Source: Spirochaetota bacterium (lineage in GTDB: Bacteria; Spirochaetota; B62-G9; DRHN01). Taken from it: a DNA stretch of 49,619 nucleotides. The stretch is from assembly GCA_011049595.1 (NCBI GenBank), contig DRHN01000500.1, positions 1-49,619 on the forward strand. The letters are read 5' to 3'. The position numbers and the translations under genes are program-made. Positions 1-8,308 of this stretch are shown piece by piece (position 1 is the stretch's first letter; each line of letters opens with the position of its first letter). Below the pieces are notes generated by a model. That model saw only the letters and a program-made list of their open reading frames with translations. It had not been told where the DNA came from and ran no database searches.

Positions 1-216
1 GGCAAGCCCAATTGCCGGTGTAAAAAAGATGAAAATGCTAAGCATGGTCCCTATAACGTATGGACACGAAAAGTGAAAGGTAAAACTGTAACAAAGTATC
101 TATCAGAACACCAAGCTGAGTTTTGTCGAGAGTTCATTCAGAACTCAAATAAACTAAATCTTATAATTGAAGAGATGAGGAATCTATCGGTGAATATACT
201 AGAGAGTGAAAAATAA
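1..216 (+). CDS. C-terminal part (5' end outside window) of a small DUF6788-like protein with CGKxNCxC-type motif
   Basis: Frame 1 is open from base 1 to TAA at 214-216: GKPNCRCKKDENAKHGPYNVWTRKVKGKTVTKYLSEHQAEFCREF... Motif and size resemble the ORF at 48931-49305. It is absent from the ORF track because it has no start inside the window. Confidence 0.5.
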   Translation, partial: GKPNCRCKKDENAKHGPYNVWTRKVKGKTVTKYLSEHQAEFCREFIQNSNKLNLIIEEMRNLSVNILESEK

Positions 217-359
217 GTGTTTATTTCTTTAGCTCATAAAATCGAGAAAAGTGGAATTTTTATGTGCGGAAAATAGGTTCTAGTATCTCTTTTGCCTTTT
301 TAAGGTCATTCTTGGGCGCTAAAAGTTGAACACCTCTTATAAAAGTTTGACCCCCGGCG

Positions 360-3071
360 CTATTCCATACTTTTTTGCAGCCTGTCCAGCAGGGCAAGGG
401 CCTCAATGGGTGTCATTTGATTGATATCAATATTTTTCAGCTCGTTTATCAGGATCTCATAGGGTGAGGGAAAAAGCCCGAGCTGAACGGACATGTCATC
501 ATCCAGGAGCTTCGCTTCACTGACATCCTCTTTACTGTCGTTATCCCCCCGGGAACTTTCGTGCTGCTGTGCCCCGATAATATGGGACATATAACTTCCG
601 TATTCCGCTTCCAGCCCGTTTAGAATAGACTTTGCCCGCTCAATTACTCGATCAGGTATCCCGGCCATCCGCGCTACTTCAACACCGTAGCTTTTTGAGG
701 CGCTGCCCGGTACTATTTTTCTGAGAAAAATGATGCTGTCATTCCACTCCTTTACGGTCGCGTTGTAATTTACTACACCATGGCTTTTACCAAGTGCCGT
801 GATCTCGTGATAATGTGTGGCAAATAAAACTTTGGCTCCGGCCTTTTTTTCATCAAGTAAATATTCCAGTACGGCCCAGGCAATGGAAAGCCCGTCGTAT
901 GTCGAGGTCCCCCGGCCGATCTCATCCATAATTATCAAGCTCCGGTGTGATGCGTAGTGAAGGATCCTTGAAGTCTCGATCATTTCAACAAGAAACGTCG
1001 ATTCCCCCTTCACAAGCCTGTCCGCCGACCCTATGCGGGAAAACACCCTGTCAACAAGGCCTATCACCGCCGATTTTGCAGGAACAAAACTGCCAACGTG
1101 CGCCATTATTGTAATGAGGGCCGCCTGTCTTAGATAAGTTGATTTTCCCGCCATGTTTGGTCCGGTCAGGATCATTATTCTTCTATCCCTGTCATTGAGG
1201 AAAAGATCGTTTTCAATGAAGCTCTCCTCCCCCAGTTCTTCAACAACCGGATGCCTGCCTCCTGTTATTTCTAAAACATTGTTTTCGACCATCTCGGGCA
1301 TAACATAGCCGTTTTCCGCTGCCGCGAGAGCGAATGTGGTGTACACATCCAGCCTGGCAGCAATTTCCGCCGAATGGTACAGATCATCAGTTAAGTCCAG
1401 AACTTTATTTCTTATTTCTTCAAAAATGGTGAACTCAAGCGTATTGGAATCCTCCCGGGCCTCCATTAAAAGCGCCTCATGTTTCTCCAGCTCCCCGGTA
1501 GTAAATCTCTCTGCGTTTACCAGGGTCTGTTTTTTCAGGTAGGAGGAGGGCACAAGATCGAGGTTTGGTTTTGTTACTTCTATGTAATATCCTATTATTT
1601 TATTGTATTTCACTTTAAGTGACGCAATCCCGGTTCTCTCCCGCTCATCTCCCTGGTACCTGTTAATCCACTCCCTGTTTTCAAGATTGATCTTTCTGAA
1701 TTCATCGAGCTTTTCACTGAAACCGTTCTTAATGATCCCTCCATCCCTGATGGTCGGTGCGGGGTCTTCCACGATAGCCGATGAAATGATTTCGCATATT
1801 TCACTAAAATCAGAAATAGAACCAGCTTCTTCACGGAATTCTTTTATTTCCTCAAGCACAGACCGGATCCTGTTTATGGACAGCAGGGAGTTCTTCAAAC
1901 CTATCAGTTCCCTGGCGTTTCCTTTTCCCACAGACAGCCTGGAAATGATCCTTTCGATATCAAGAACATTTGACAGTTCTTTTATCAGACCTTCCAGCCC
2001 CGCTGGGTTCTCAACAAAATAGCCTGTTTTCTCAAGCCGGTCGTTGATTTCATTTAGATTTCTCGAGGGATTGTTTATGCGCTTTTTCAACAGCCTCCCG
2101 CCCATGGCTGTTACAGTTTTATCCAGTATACCGAGCAGTGTTCCCCTGTGGCTTCCATCGGTCTGACTTTCAGTGAGCTCCAGATGTTTTTTAGTCGCGT
2201 TGTCAATAACAAGGATGCCCTCATTCCTCTTTTCCGTGACCCAGCGTATGTGAGGCATTTTATGCTTTACGTTATCCTGGACATAAGCCAGGACCGCCCC
2301 GCAGGCGATCAGACCCGTCTCAGACTTTATTTCCAGTATCCCGGCGTTCGCGATGGAAAATTGGCCCTTTAATGCTTCCCCTGCTGAAGCCCTGGAAAAC
2401 AGTTGATCAGAGACTGCGCGGATGATAATTTCCGGCTCGAGCTTCCTGAGCTTTTCAATAAAAATAGAAAAGACATCGGACCGGCAGAATGATTCCGGAT
2501 GGAGGATTTCCCGGACACCGTTACTTTCGATCTCGTTCTGCAGGGCATCGAGAGTGTCCTCCTGCGGCAATCCTATCGATAAGAACTCCCCGGTGGAAAT
2601 ATCAAGGCAGCCGCATGCGAGCTGGAGCTTTCTCTTTTTCTCATTTCCATACAGAGCGGCGATAAAGTTGTTGCTTTTATTTTTCAGAAGCTCAGGGTTG
2701 GTGATCATCCCGGGGGAGATTATTTCAACGACTTCACGTTTGACGATCCCTCTCGCTCCGGCAGTTCCCTTAACATTGAGACCATGACCGATCGGATCAT
2801 CCTCATCCGACCCGTTACACTGCTCGCAGATGGCGATTTTTTTCCCATTGTTGATCAATTTAGCTATATATGTATCAGCAGCATGATGGGGAAACCCGCA
2901 CATCGGAACCGCGTTTCTCCTGGTCAGCGTGATGTTCAGGATCGATGACGCGTCTACCGCATCGCTTTCAAACATTTCATAAAAATCGCCCAATCTGAAA
3001 AGGAGGATTGAATCTTTATTTCTGTTCTTTATACGGTGGTACTGCTCCATCATCGGTGTTTCTTTTTTCAT
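360..3071 (-). CDS. mutS: DNA mismatch repair protein MutS
   Basis: ORF 360..3107. N-terminal mismatch-binding motif MMEQYHRIK...LGDFYEMF, Walker A GPNMAGKSTY, MDEIGRGTSTYDG, HYHE. Start moved to ATG 3071 (MKKETPMMEQY), which lies 1 nt after the upstream gene's TGA (TGAtATG). Confidence 0.93.
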   Translation of the reverse strand: MKKETPMMEQYHRIKNRNKDSILLFRLGDFYEMFESDAVDASSILNITLTRRNAVPMCGFPHHAADTYIAKLINNGKKIAICEQCNGSDEDDPIGHGLNVKGTAGARGIVKREVVEIISPGMITNPELLKNKSNNFIAALYGNEKKRKLQLACGCLDISTGEFLSIGLPQEDTLDALQNEIESNGVREILHPESFCRSDVFSIFIEKLRKLEPEIIIRAVSDQLFSRASAGEALKGQFSIANAGILEIKSETGLIACGAVLAYVQDNVKHKMPHIRWVTEKRNEGILVIDNATKKHLELTESQTDGSHRGTLLGILDKTVTAMGGRLLKKRINNPSRNLNEINDRLEKTGYFVENPAGLEGLIKELSNVLDIERIISRLSVGKGNARELIGLKNSLLSINRIRSVLEEIKEFREEAGSISDFSEICEIISSAIVEDPAPTIRDGGIIKNGFSEKLDEFRKINLENREWINRYQGDERERTGIASLKVKYNKIIGYYIEVTKPNLDLVPSSYLKKQTLVNAERFTTGELEKHEALLMEAREDSNTLEFTIFEEIRNKVLDLTDDLYHSAEIAARLDVYTTFALAAAENGYVMPEMVENNVLEITGGRHPVVEELGEESFIENDLFLNDRDRRIMILTGPNMAGKSTYLRQAALITIMAHVGSFVPAKSAVIGLVDRVFSRIGSADRLVKGESTFLVEMIETSRILHYASHRSLIIMDEIGRGTSTYDGLSIAWAVLEYLLDEKKAGAKVLFATHYHEITALGKSHGVVNYNATVKEWNDSIIFLRKIVPGSASKSYGVEVARMAGIPDRVIERAKSILNGLEAEYGSYMSHIIGAQQHESSRGDNDSKEDVSEAKLLDDDMSVQLGLFPSPYEILINELKNIDINQMTPIEALALLDRLQKSME

Positions 3072-3072
3072 A

Positions 3073-4350
3073 TCACTTCTCTTCAACAATAAAGCCCTGG
3101 TATCCAATGTTTTTCAGGGCTTTATTCAGCTCTTCAGCATATTCCCGTGAGGAAACTGTTCCTACCCTTACTCTGATAACCAATGCACCCTCAATGCTGG
3201 CCGATTTTGAATACGCTTCAAACCCTTTCAATATTAATACCGAAACCAGCTTATCGGCATTCTTCTCGTTCGAGAAAGATCCCAGTTGTACGGCAAACCC
3301 TTTGCGTGTGCTTTGACTTCCTTCCCGAACCTCTTTCGCTTCTTCGTCCCGGGTCTCCTCTTTTTCTCCAACCGTGTAAGTCCCGTCAAGAACAGCCCTG
3401 TCAAAAATCCCCTCTATCGGGGCCGGCACGGCATCTTCATTCCGTACACCGAGCTCTTCGATGCCCTTCCCCGCTTTTACGGCAAAAAGCGTACCCGGGT
3501 AGCCCTGTACAATGCTGTTAAATGCCGCGTAGGCGCCCTCGATGTCACCTTTTGTTTTGTAAAGAAATCCTAACTGCAGCAGGGCTTCCTGCTTTAAAAT
3601 ATCGGACTGAGCGGAGCCCAGTAATCTTTTCAATAGATCTTCAGCATTTTCGCGATCATTGGATTGGGCAAGTACCCTGGACAATTCGAAATAATTATTT
3701 ACTATCGAGACCCGGTCAGCCGCGGGATCACCTGAAGCAAGCATTTCATTTGACAGGACATAGTACCGGGCCGCTTTTTCAAAATCTTTTACTTTATAAC
3801 TGATCGCCCCGAGAAATGTGTACACATAGGGCGTAAAGATTGGATATGCGTCTTTTTCATTTTTTTCGATCTCCTCCAGTAATCGAGATGCATTCCCGTT
3901 TTTCTTTAGTATAAAATAAATTTTTGCGAGTTCAAACCTTACAGCATCGATAAGAGGGAAATTGGGATAAACTTCCAATATTTCCGTAAGACCTTTTATG
4001 GATTGATTGGTGTCCTCCAGCATTGTGCTCTGCTTGAACAGAATGTAGGGCGCTTTCGGGGTGTTCTGGACCTTTTTATAGGCCAGGAAATAGTATCTTG
4101 ATGCCTGCCTGAAGTCATTTTTGCGTTCAAACTCCTCTGCGCGTTTTATGTTGGACGCAAAGATCGGGTCATCGGGGATTAGATACATTTTACCCCAGGG
4201 AAAATAGCTGTCAATTACCCTTTCGGGAAGAAAGAAGACCACACCGGTCCGGTTTTCGTGTTCATCGGAAAACCCGCTGACAGATAATAAAAATATCAAC
4301 ACAAAAATAAATGGCGTTAAATAACGGGTGTGAATTTTATAATTTTTCAT
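3073..4350 (-). CDS. TPR-repeat protein with C-terminal SPOR (peptidoglycan-binding) domain; N-terminal signal/anchor
   Basis: Hydrophobic N-terminus YLTPFIFVLIFLLSVSG, TPR-like helical repeats, C-terminal FAVQLGSFSNEKNADKLVSVLILKGFEAY...VRVGTVSSREYAEEL typical of SPOR. Confidence 0.7.
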   Translation of the reverse strand: MKNYKIHTRYLTPFIFVLIFLLSVSGFSDEHENRTGVVFFLPERVIDSYFPWGKMYLIPDDPIFASNIKRAEEFERKNDFRQASRYYFLAYKKVQNTPKAPYILFKQSTMLEDTNQSIKGLTEILEVYPNFPLIDAVRFELAKIYFILKKNGNASRLLEEIEKNEKDAYPIFTPYVYTFLGAISYKVKDFEKAARYYVLSNEMLASGDPAADRVSIVNNYFELSRVLAQSNDRENAEDLLKRLLGSAQSDILKQEALLQLGFLYKTKGDIEGAYAAFNSIVQGYPGTLFAVKAGKGIEELGVRNEDAVPAPIEGIFDRAVLDGTYTVGEKEETRDEEAKEVREGSQSTRKGFAVQLGSFSNEKNADKLVSVLILKGFEAYSKSASIEGALVIRVRVGTVSSREYAEELNKALKNIGYQGFIVEEK

Positions 4351-4402
4351 CCTGTTTTATACCGAAAAATAAATGTTTTTTGCTTAAGATATGTTTAGCT
4401 GA

Positions 4403-5719
4403 TCAGGTAATTTCTTTTCCTCTCAAAGTATTCCCGGAAATACCGGTTACCCTAATATCCAGAAACCTGCCCGCGGGTGCTTTCGTGTTTACAACCACCA
4501 TCTTACCTGTTTCTGTTTTACACAGCATTTCGGATGGGTCCTTCTTACTTTCACCTATTGTCAATGCGGTTTTTTCCGTACCTATCTCTTCTGTGTTTTT
4601 TTCATAGGATATGCGCCGCTGGAGCATTATCAATGTTTCGATTCTCTTTTTTGATATCTCCGGAGGTATTTTTTCCGGAATATCCCGGGCTTTTTCAAAC
4701 TGACGTTCAGAGTATATATAAGTAAACGCGTCGTCAAATAGCACCGACATTACAAGATCAAGGGTCTGATCGTAATCTTCTTCACTTTCTGAGGGAAAAC
4801 CGACAATAATATCGGTTCCGATGGATGCACCGGGTATATACGTACGTATGGCACCGATAATATCCATATAATGTTCCACTGTATATTTGCGGTTCATTAA
4901 CTTTAGAATTCTGTCAGAGCCGCTCTGGACCGGTAGATGAAAATGCTTGCACACTTTTTTAAGCGTAGAGATCCTTTTCACTATTTCTTCATTGAAATCT
5001 TTTGGATGAGAGGTTATAAAGCGGATCCATTTGATCCCTTCAATATCATTGATCTTCTCAAGCAGCTCAATAAAGGATATATCATTGTTGTCTTTGCCGT
5101 AGGAATTGACATTCTGTCCCAGGAGATTGATCTCAACTACGCCTCTGTCGGCAAGTTCGTATATCTCGGTTATTATTTCTGAACTGCTCTTGCTCTTCTC
5201 GGCCCCCCTGAGATAGGGCACTACACAGTAACTGCAATAATTGCTGCAGCCGGTTATTATGTTTACCCACGCTTTATAACCTTCAGCCCTTTTTCCTCTG
5301 TAACCGGAAAACCGGTAATCATTTTTGTCAAGCGCGATTACCGGGCCTTTTGATCCTGAGCGCTCCTCGGCAAATCCCGGTATATCCATGATGTGACAGG
5401 TCCCGGAAACCACGTCGATTTCCGGAAAATACCGTGCCAGGTCCTGCCCGCGTTCCTGGGCCATACATCCGGCGAGAACGATAACCGTTTCCCGGTTGTA
5501 TCTCTCCTTAAAGGACCTGTAATAGCCGAGCCTGCCTAAAACCCTCTCCTCCGCGTTTTCGCGTACAGCGCAGGTGTTTAAAATAATAACATCAGCGTCA
5601 ATCTCACTTTTGGCTTTTTTATACCCGCGCTCTTCGAAAGAAAGGGCTATATCGATAGAATCAGATTTATTCATCTCGCAGCCAAAGGTTTCTATGTAGT
5701 AGCTCTTATTATTTCCCAT
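4403..5719 (-). CDS. miaB: tRNA methylthiotransferase, MiaB-type (MTTase N-domain, radical SAM, TRAM)
   Basis: YIETFGCEMNKSDS N-domain, radical-SAM CSNYCSYCVVPYLRG, C-terminal TRAM-like segment. Cannot fully exclude the RimO/MtaB paralogs without a search. Confidence 0.75.
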   Translation of the reverse strand: MGNNKSYYIETFGCEMNKSDSIDIALSFEERGYKKAKSEIDADVIILNTCAVRENAEERVLGRLGYYRSFKERYNRETVIVLAGCMAQERGQDLARYFPEIDVVSGTCHIMDIPGFAEERSGSKGPVIALDKNDYRFSGYRGKRAEGYKAWVNIITGCSNYCSYCVVPYLRGAEKSKSSSEIITEIYELADRGVVEINLLGQNVNSYGKDNNDISFIELLEKINDIEGIKWIRFITSHPKDFNEEIVKRISTLKKVCKHFHLPVQSGSDRILKLMNRKYTVEHYMDIIGAIRTYIPGASIGTDIIVGFPSESEEDYDQTLDLVMSVLFDDAFTYIYSERQFEKARDIPEKIPPEISKKRIETLIMLQRRISYEKNTEEIGTEKTALTIGESKKDPSEMLCKTETGKMVVVNTKAPAGRFLDIRVTGISGNTLRGKEIT

Positions 5720-5791
5720 GAAATTTTTCCAGATAAATCTTCATATTAAAATAATATTTTTGGTTAAAAATGAAAGAAATAAACACAGGAT

Positions 5792-5938
5792 AATTAGTTC
5801 TTGCTGCCGCTCCGGGCTTGCCCGGCTTAATTAGTATTTTAAGTTTAACTAAGTATTTTTAAGGTTATTAATTATGAAAATATAAACAGTTAAATAGAAC
5901 TAATTATTGAGTTTGTGAATTATTCACCAAGAACTAAT
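5792..5938. repeat. MITE-like intergenic element, copy A (terminal inverted repeat AATTAGTTCTTG / CAAGAACTAAT; internal GC hairpin CCGGGCTTGCCCGG)
   Basis: 5790-5803 ATAATTAGTTCTTG and 5819-5840 TGCCCGGCTTAATTAGTATTTT are identical to 21702-21715 and 21751-21772. Further shared blocks: TTTAAC.AAGTATT, TTAAG, TATTAATTA, AATATAAACA. 5928-5938 is the reverse complement of the left end (11 of 12). Confidence 0.6.
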
Positions 5939-5978
5939 CCGGCAGGCACCACAGGGAACTGATCAGTAAAACACCATG

Positions 5979-6209
5979 TCAATAAAACGAAACATTCATT
6001 GAGCCGCACATGGGACATACGCGGTCAAACCCCAGTTCATCATCGTAGTCAGGGAAAGCATTTCTTTCAGGGTAAACTTTATCGGTCCAGCGGAAATCGC
6101 AATCTTCACACACGTAGGTTTTCTTTATAAAATTCTCCACCTCGTCTTCATCATCATCTTCTGATTCAGTAAAGCGATCCTCTTCGAAATCTCCAGAAGA
6201 ATTCATCAA
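5979..6209 (-). CDS. Small acidic zinc-ribbon protein (CxxC...CxxC)
   Basis: 76-aa ORF. GGGAG Shine-Dalgarno about 7 nt upstream of the ATG. Acidic N-terminal half (SEDDDEDEVE), then CEDCDFRW...CPMCGS. Confidence 0.45.
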   Translation of the reverse strand: MMNSSGDFEEDRFTESEDDDEDEVENFIKKTYVCEDCDFRWTDKVYPERNAFPDYDDELGFDRVCPMCGSMNVSFY

Positions 6210-6322
6210 AAACTCCCGCTTTCATATACAATATAGACTATATGATGTATATCATTTGTCAATAGTTTTCAATTAAAAGAAAAAAATATTTTATCAAACT
6301 GAAACTAATTGAATTATCTCAT

Positions 6323-8257
6323 TTAACTGATTTCACTCCCTGGGTCCATGCTTCTGTCAACACTGATCAGGGAAAGCGTTTCACCGGCAGACGCGGCAAG
6401 CAGCATCCCGTTTGATTTAGTTCCCCTGATCTTAGCGGGTTTTATATTTGTCACGACCACTATTTCTTTCCCGACAATCTCCTCAGCCTTGTATTGCCCG
6501 GCAATACCTGCGACAAGCTGTCTTTTTCCGTCACCGATATCCACAATTATTTTAAGTAATGTCTCAGAATTCTTTATGGGGGAAGCATCCAGAATTCTCC
6601 CAACTCTCATATCGATTTTTTTTATGTATTCTATGTCGATCTTCTCAAGTTCTTTCTTGACCTTATCCTTTTCTTTATCTTTCATTTTACGCTCCGGTTT
6701 TCCAGTATCCTTTAGGTCAGAATCGATCCTTGGAAAAATACTGTCGATCTTTTTGACAGATGTGCCTGGTTTTAATTTGCCCCAAGAATATATCTCTTCA
6801 TTTTCATTTACATTGTCAATATACTTCATTACTTCTTCAGAAAAGGCAGAAAGCGCGGTTTCCGCTTTGTTTATGATGATCGGGGAAAGCAATACCGATA
6901 TTAAACGGAACCCTTCACAGGCATTGTACAGCACTGTTTTTAATTCCTTGATTTTATTTTTTTTGTACAATGTCCATGGAGCAGTTTCGTCAATATATTT
7001 ATTTATTTTTCGAATATACACAAAAATAGCGGAGAGGGCGCTGTTCAGATCTGTATTCTCAATATATGATTTCACCGATTCCGGAAGCGACTTCCCGGCC
7101 GTAATGATCTTTTCATCGGTTTTGCTGACGGCCGCTGTTTCAGGTATTTTGCCTTCAAAATATATCTCGACCATATTTACGATCCTGCTCAACAGGTTGC
7201 CGTAGTCATTCGCAAGGTCAGAGTTGATCGTATTGATAACCATCTCTTCGCTGAAACTAGCGTCAGAGCCTATGATCATATTTTTAACAAGCACGTAACG
7301 GAAGCTTTCGACCCCGTACCTGTCTATGAGGTCAACAGGTTTGACGACGTTCCCAACAGATTTACTCATTTTTTCGTCCTGGATCAACCACCAGCCATGT
7401 GCAAAAATAGTTTTCGGGAGGTCGAAGCCCGCTGATTTCAGCATTATCGGCCAGTAAACTGCATGGGTCGTTGTAATATCTTTCCCGACAAAGTGTATGT
7501 CGCAGGGCCACCACTTTTGAAAAGAATTGTTGTCTCTGTAAACCCCGATTGTGCTGATATAGTTGGTGAGAGCGTCAAACCAAACATAAGTAACATATTT
7601 TTTATCAAAAGGGATCTCTATCCCCCAGTCGAGCCGGGATTTAGGCCTTGAAATACAGAGGTCGATCAGAGGATTTTTTAAAAATCCCAGGATTTCATTT
7701 TTCCTGGTCTCCGGTTTGATGAAATCCGGATGATCTTTGATATAATCCCGGAGCCAGTCCCTGTATTTCGACATCTTGAAAAAATAATTCTTCTCCTCTA
7801 TCGTTATGACCTCTCTGCCGCAGGAAGGGCATTTTGCATCTACAAGGTCCTTTTCGGTCCAGAATCTCTCTTCCGGGATACAGTATTTGCCTTCATAAGT
7901 ATCAAAATATATATCACCCCTTTCATAGAGATAAGTAAGAAGGCTCTGGACCACGAATTTATGCTTTTTTTCTGTTGTGCGTATAAACCTTGTGTAATTG
8001 ATCCTCAGTTTCTTCCATAGTTCTACAAACCTCACAACCATCTCATCACAGTGGAGTTTCGGTTCAACGCCTCTTTTTTTTGCTGCCTCCTGCACCTTTA
8101 GCCCGTGCTCGTCCGTACCTGTTGAAAAAAACACTTCGTCACCGAAAAGTTTATGATACCTGGACATAACATCCGCCAGAATTGTCGAATAAGCATGGCC
8201 GATATGCGGTTCATCGTTTACATAGTATATAGGGGTCGTAATGTAAAAAGTACCCAA
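6323..8257 (-). CDS. metG: Methionine--tRNA ligase with C-terminal tRNA-binding (Trbp111/EMAP-like) domain
   Basis: HIGHAYS (HIGH) and KMSKS motifs, zinc knuckle CPSCGRE, C-terminal KIDMRVGRILDASPIKNSETLLKIIVDIG. Confidence 0.95.
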   Translation of the reverse strand: MGTFYITTPIYYVNDEPHIGHAYSTILADVMSRYHKLFGDEVFFSTGTDEHGLKVQEAAKKRGVEPKLHCDEMVVRFVELWKKLRINYTRFIRTTEKKHKFVVQSLLTYLYERGDIYFDTYEGKYCIPEERFWTEKDLVDAKCPSCGREVITIEEKNYFFKMSKYRDWLRDYIKDHPDFIKPETRKNEILGFLKNPLIDLCISRPKSRLDWGIEIPFDKKYVTYVWFDALTNYISTIGVYRDNNSFQKWWPCDIHFVGKDITTTHAVYWPIMLKSAGFDLPKTIFAHGWWLIQDEKMSKSVGNVVKPVDLIDRYGVESFRYVLVKNMIIGSDASFSEEMVINTINSDLANDYGNLLSRIVNMVEIYFEGKIPETAAVSKTDEKIITAGKSLPESVKSYIENTDLNSALSAIFVYIRKINKYIDETAPWTLYKKNKIKELKTVLYNACEGFRLISVLLSPIIINKAETALSAFSEEVMKYIDNVNENEEIYSWGKLKPGTSVKKIDSIFPRIDSDLKDTGKPERKMKDKEKDKVKKELEKIDIEYIKKIDMRVGRILDASPIKNSETLLKIIVDIGDGKRQLVAGIAGQYKAEEIVGKEIVVVTNIKPAKIRGTKSNGMLLAASAGETLSLISVDRSMDPGSEIS

Positions 8258-8308
8258 GTCAGATTCTCCTGTTCTCGCATCATTTCTTCATAATAGTATT
8301 TATTTAAT

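Noticed and set aside
318-366. Imperfect direct repeat CTAAAAGTTGAACACC / ATAAAAGTTTGACCCC flanked by GGCGCT, just downstream of mutS.
   Set aside because: It is short and imperfect, with a single occurrence. It could be an IS end or a terminator region, but nothing in the window supports either reading.
6348-7205. 285-aa plus-strand ORF. Similar long antisense ORFs occur at 1603-2022, 2422-2787, 36473-37054, 43065-43661, 31656-31940 and elsewhere.
   Set aside because: These ORFs lie entirely antisense to confidently identified genes (metG, mutS, EF-G paralog, trpCF, isomerase). Their translations are low-complexity (Ser/Phe/Ile/Pro-rich) with no motifs. This is a typical by-product of codon bias on the opposite strand.
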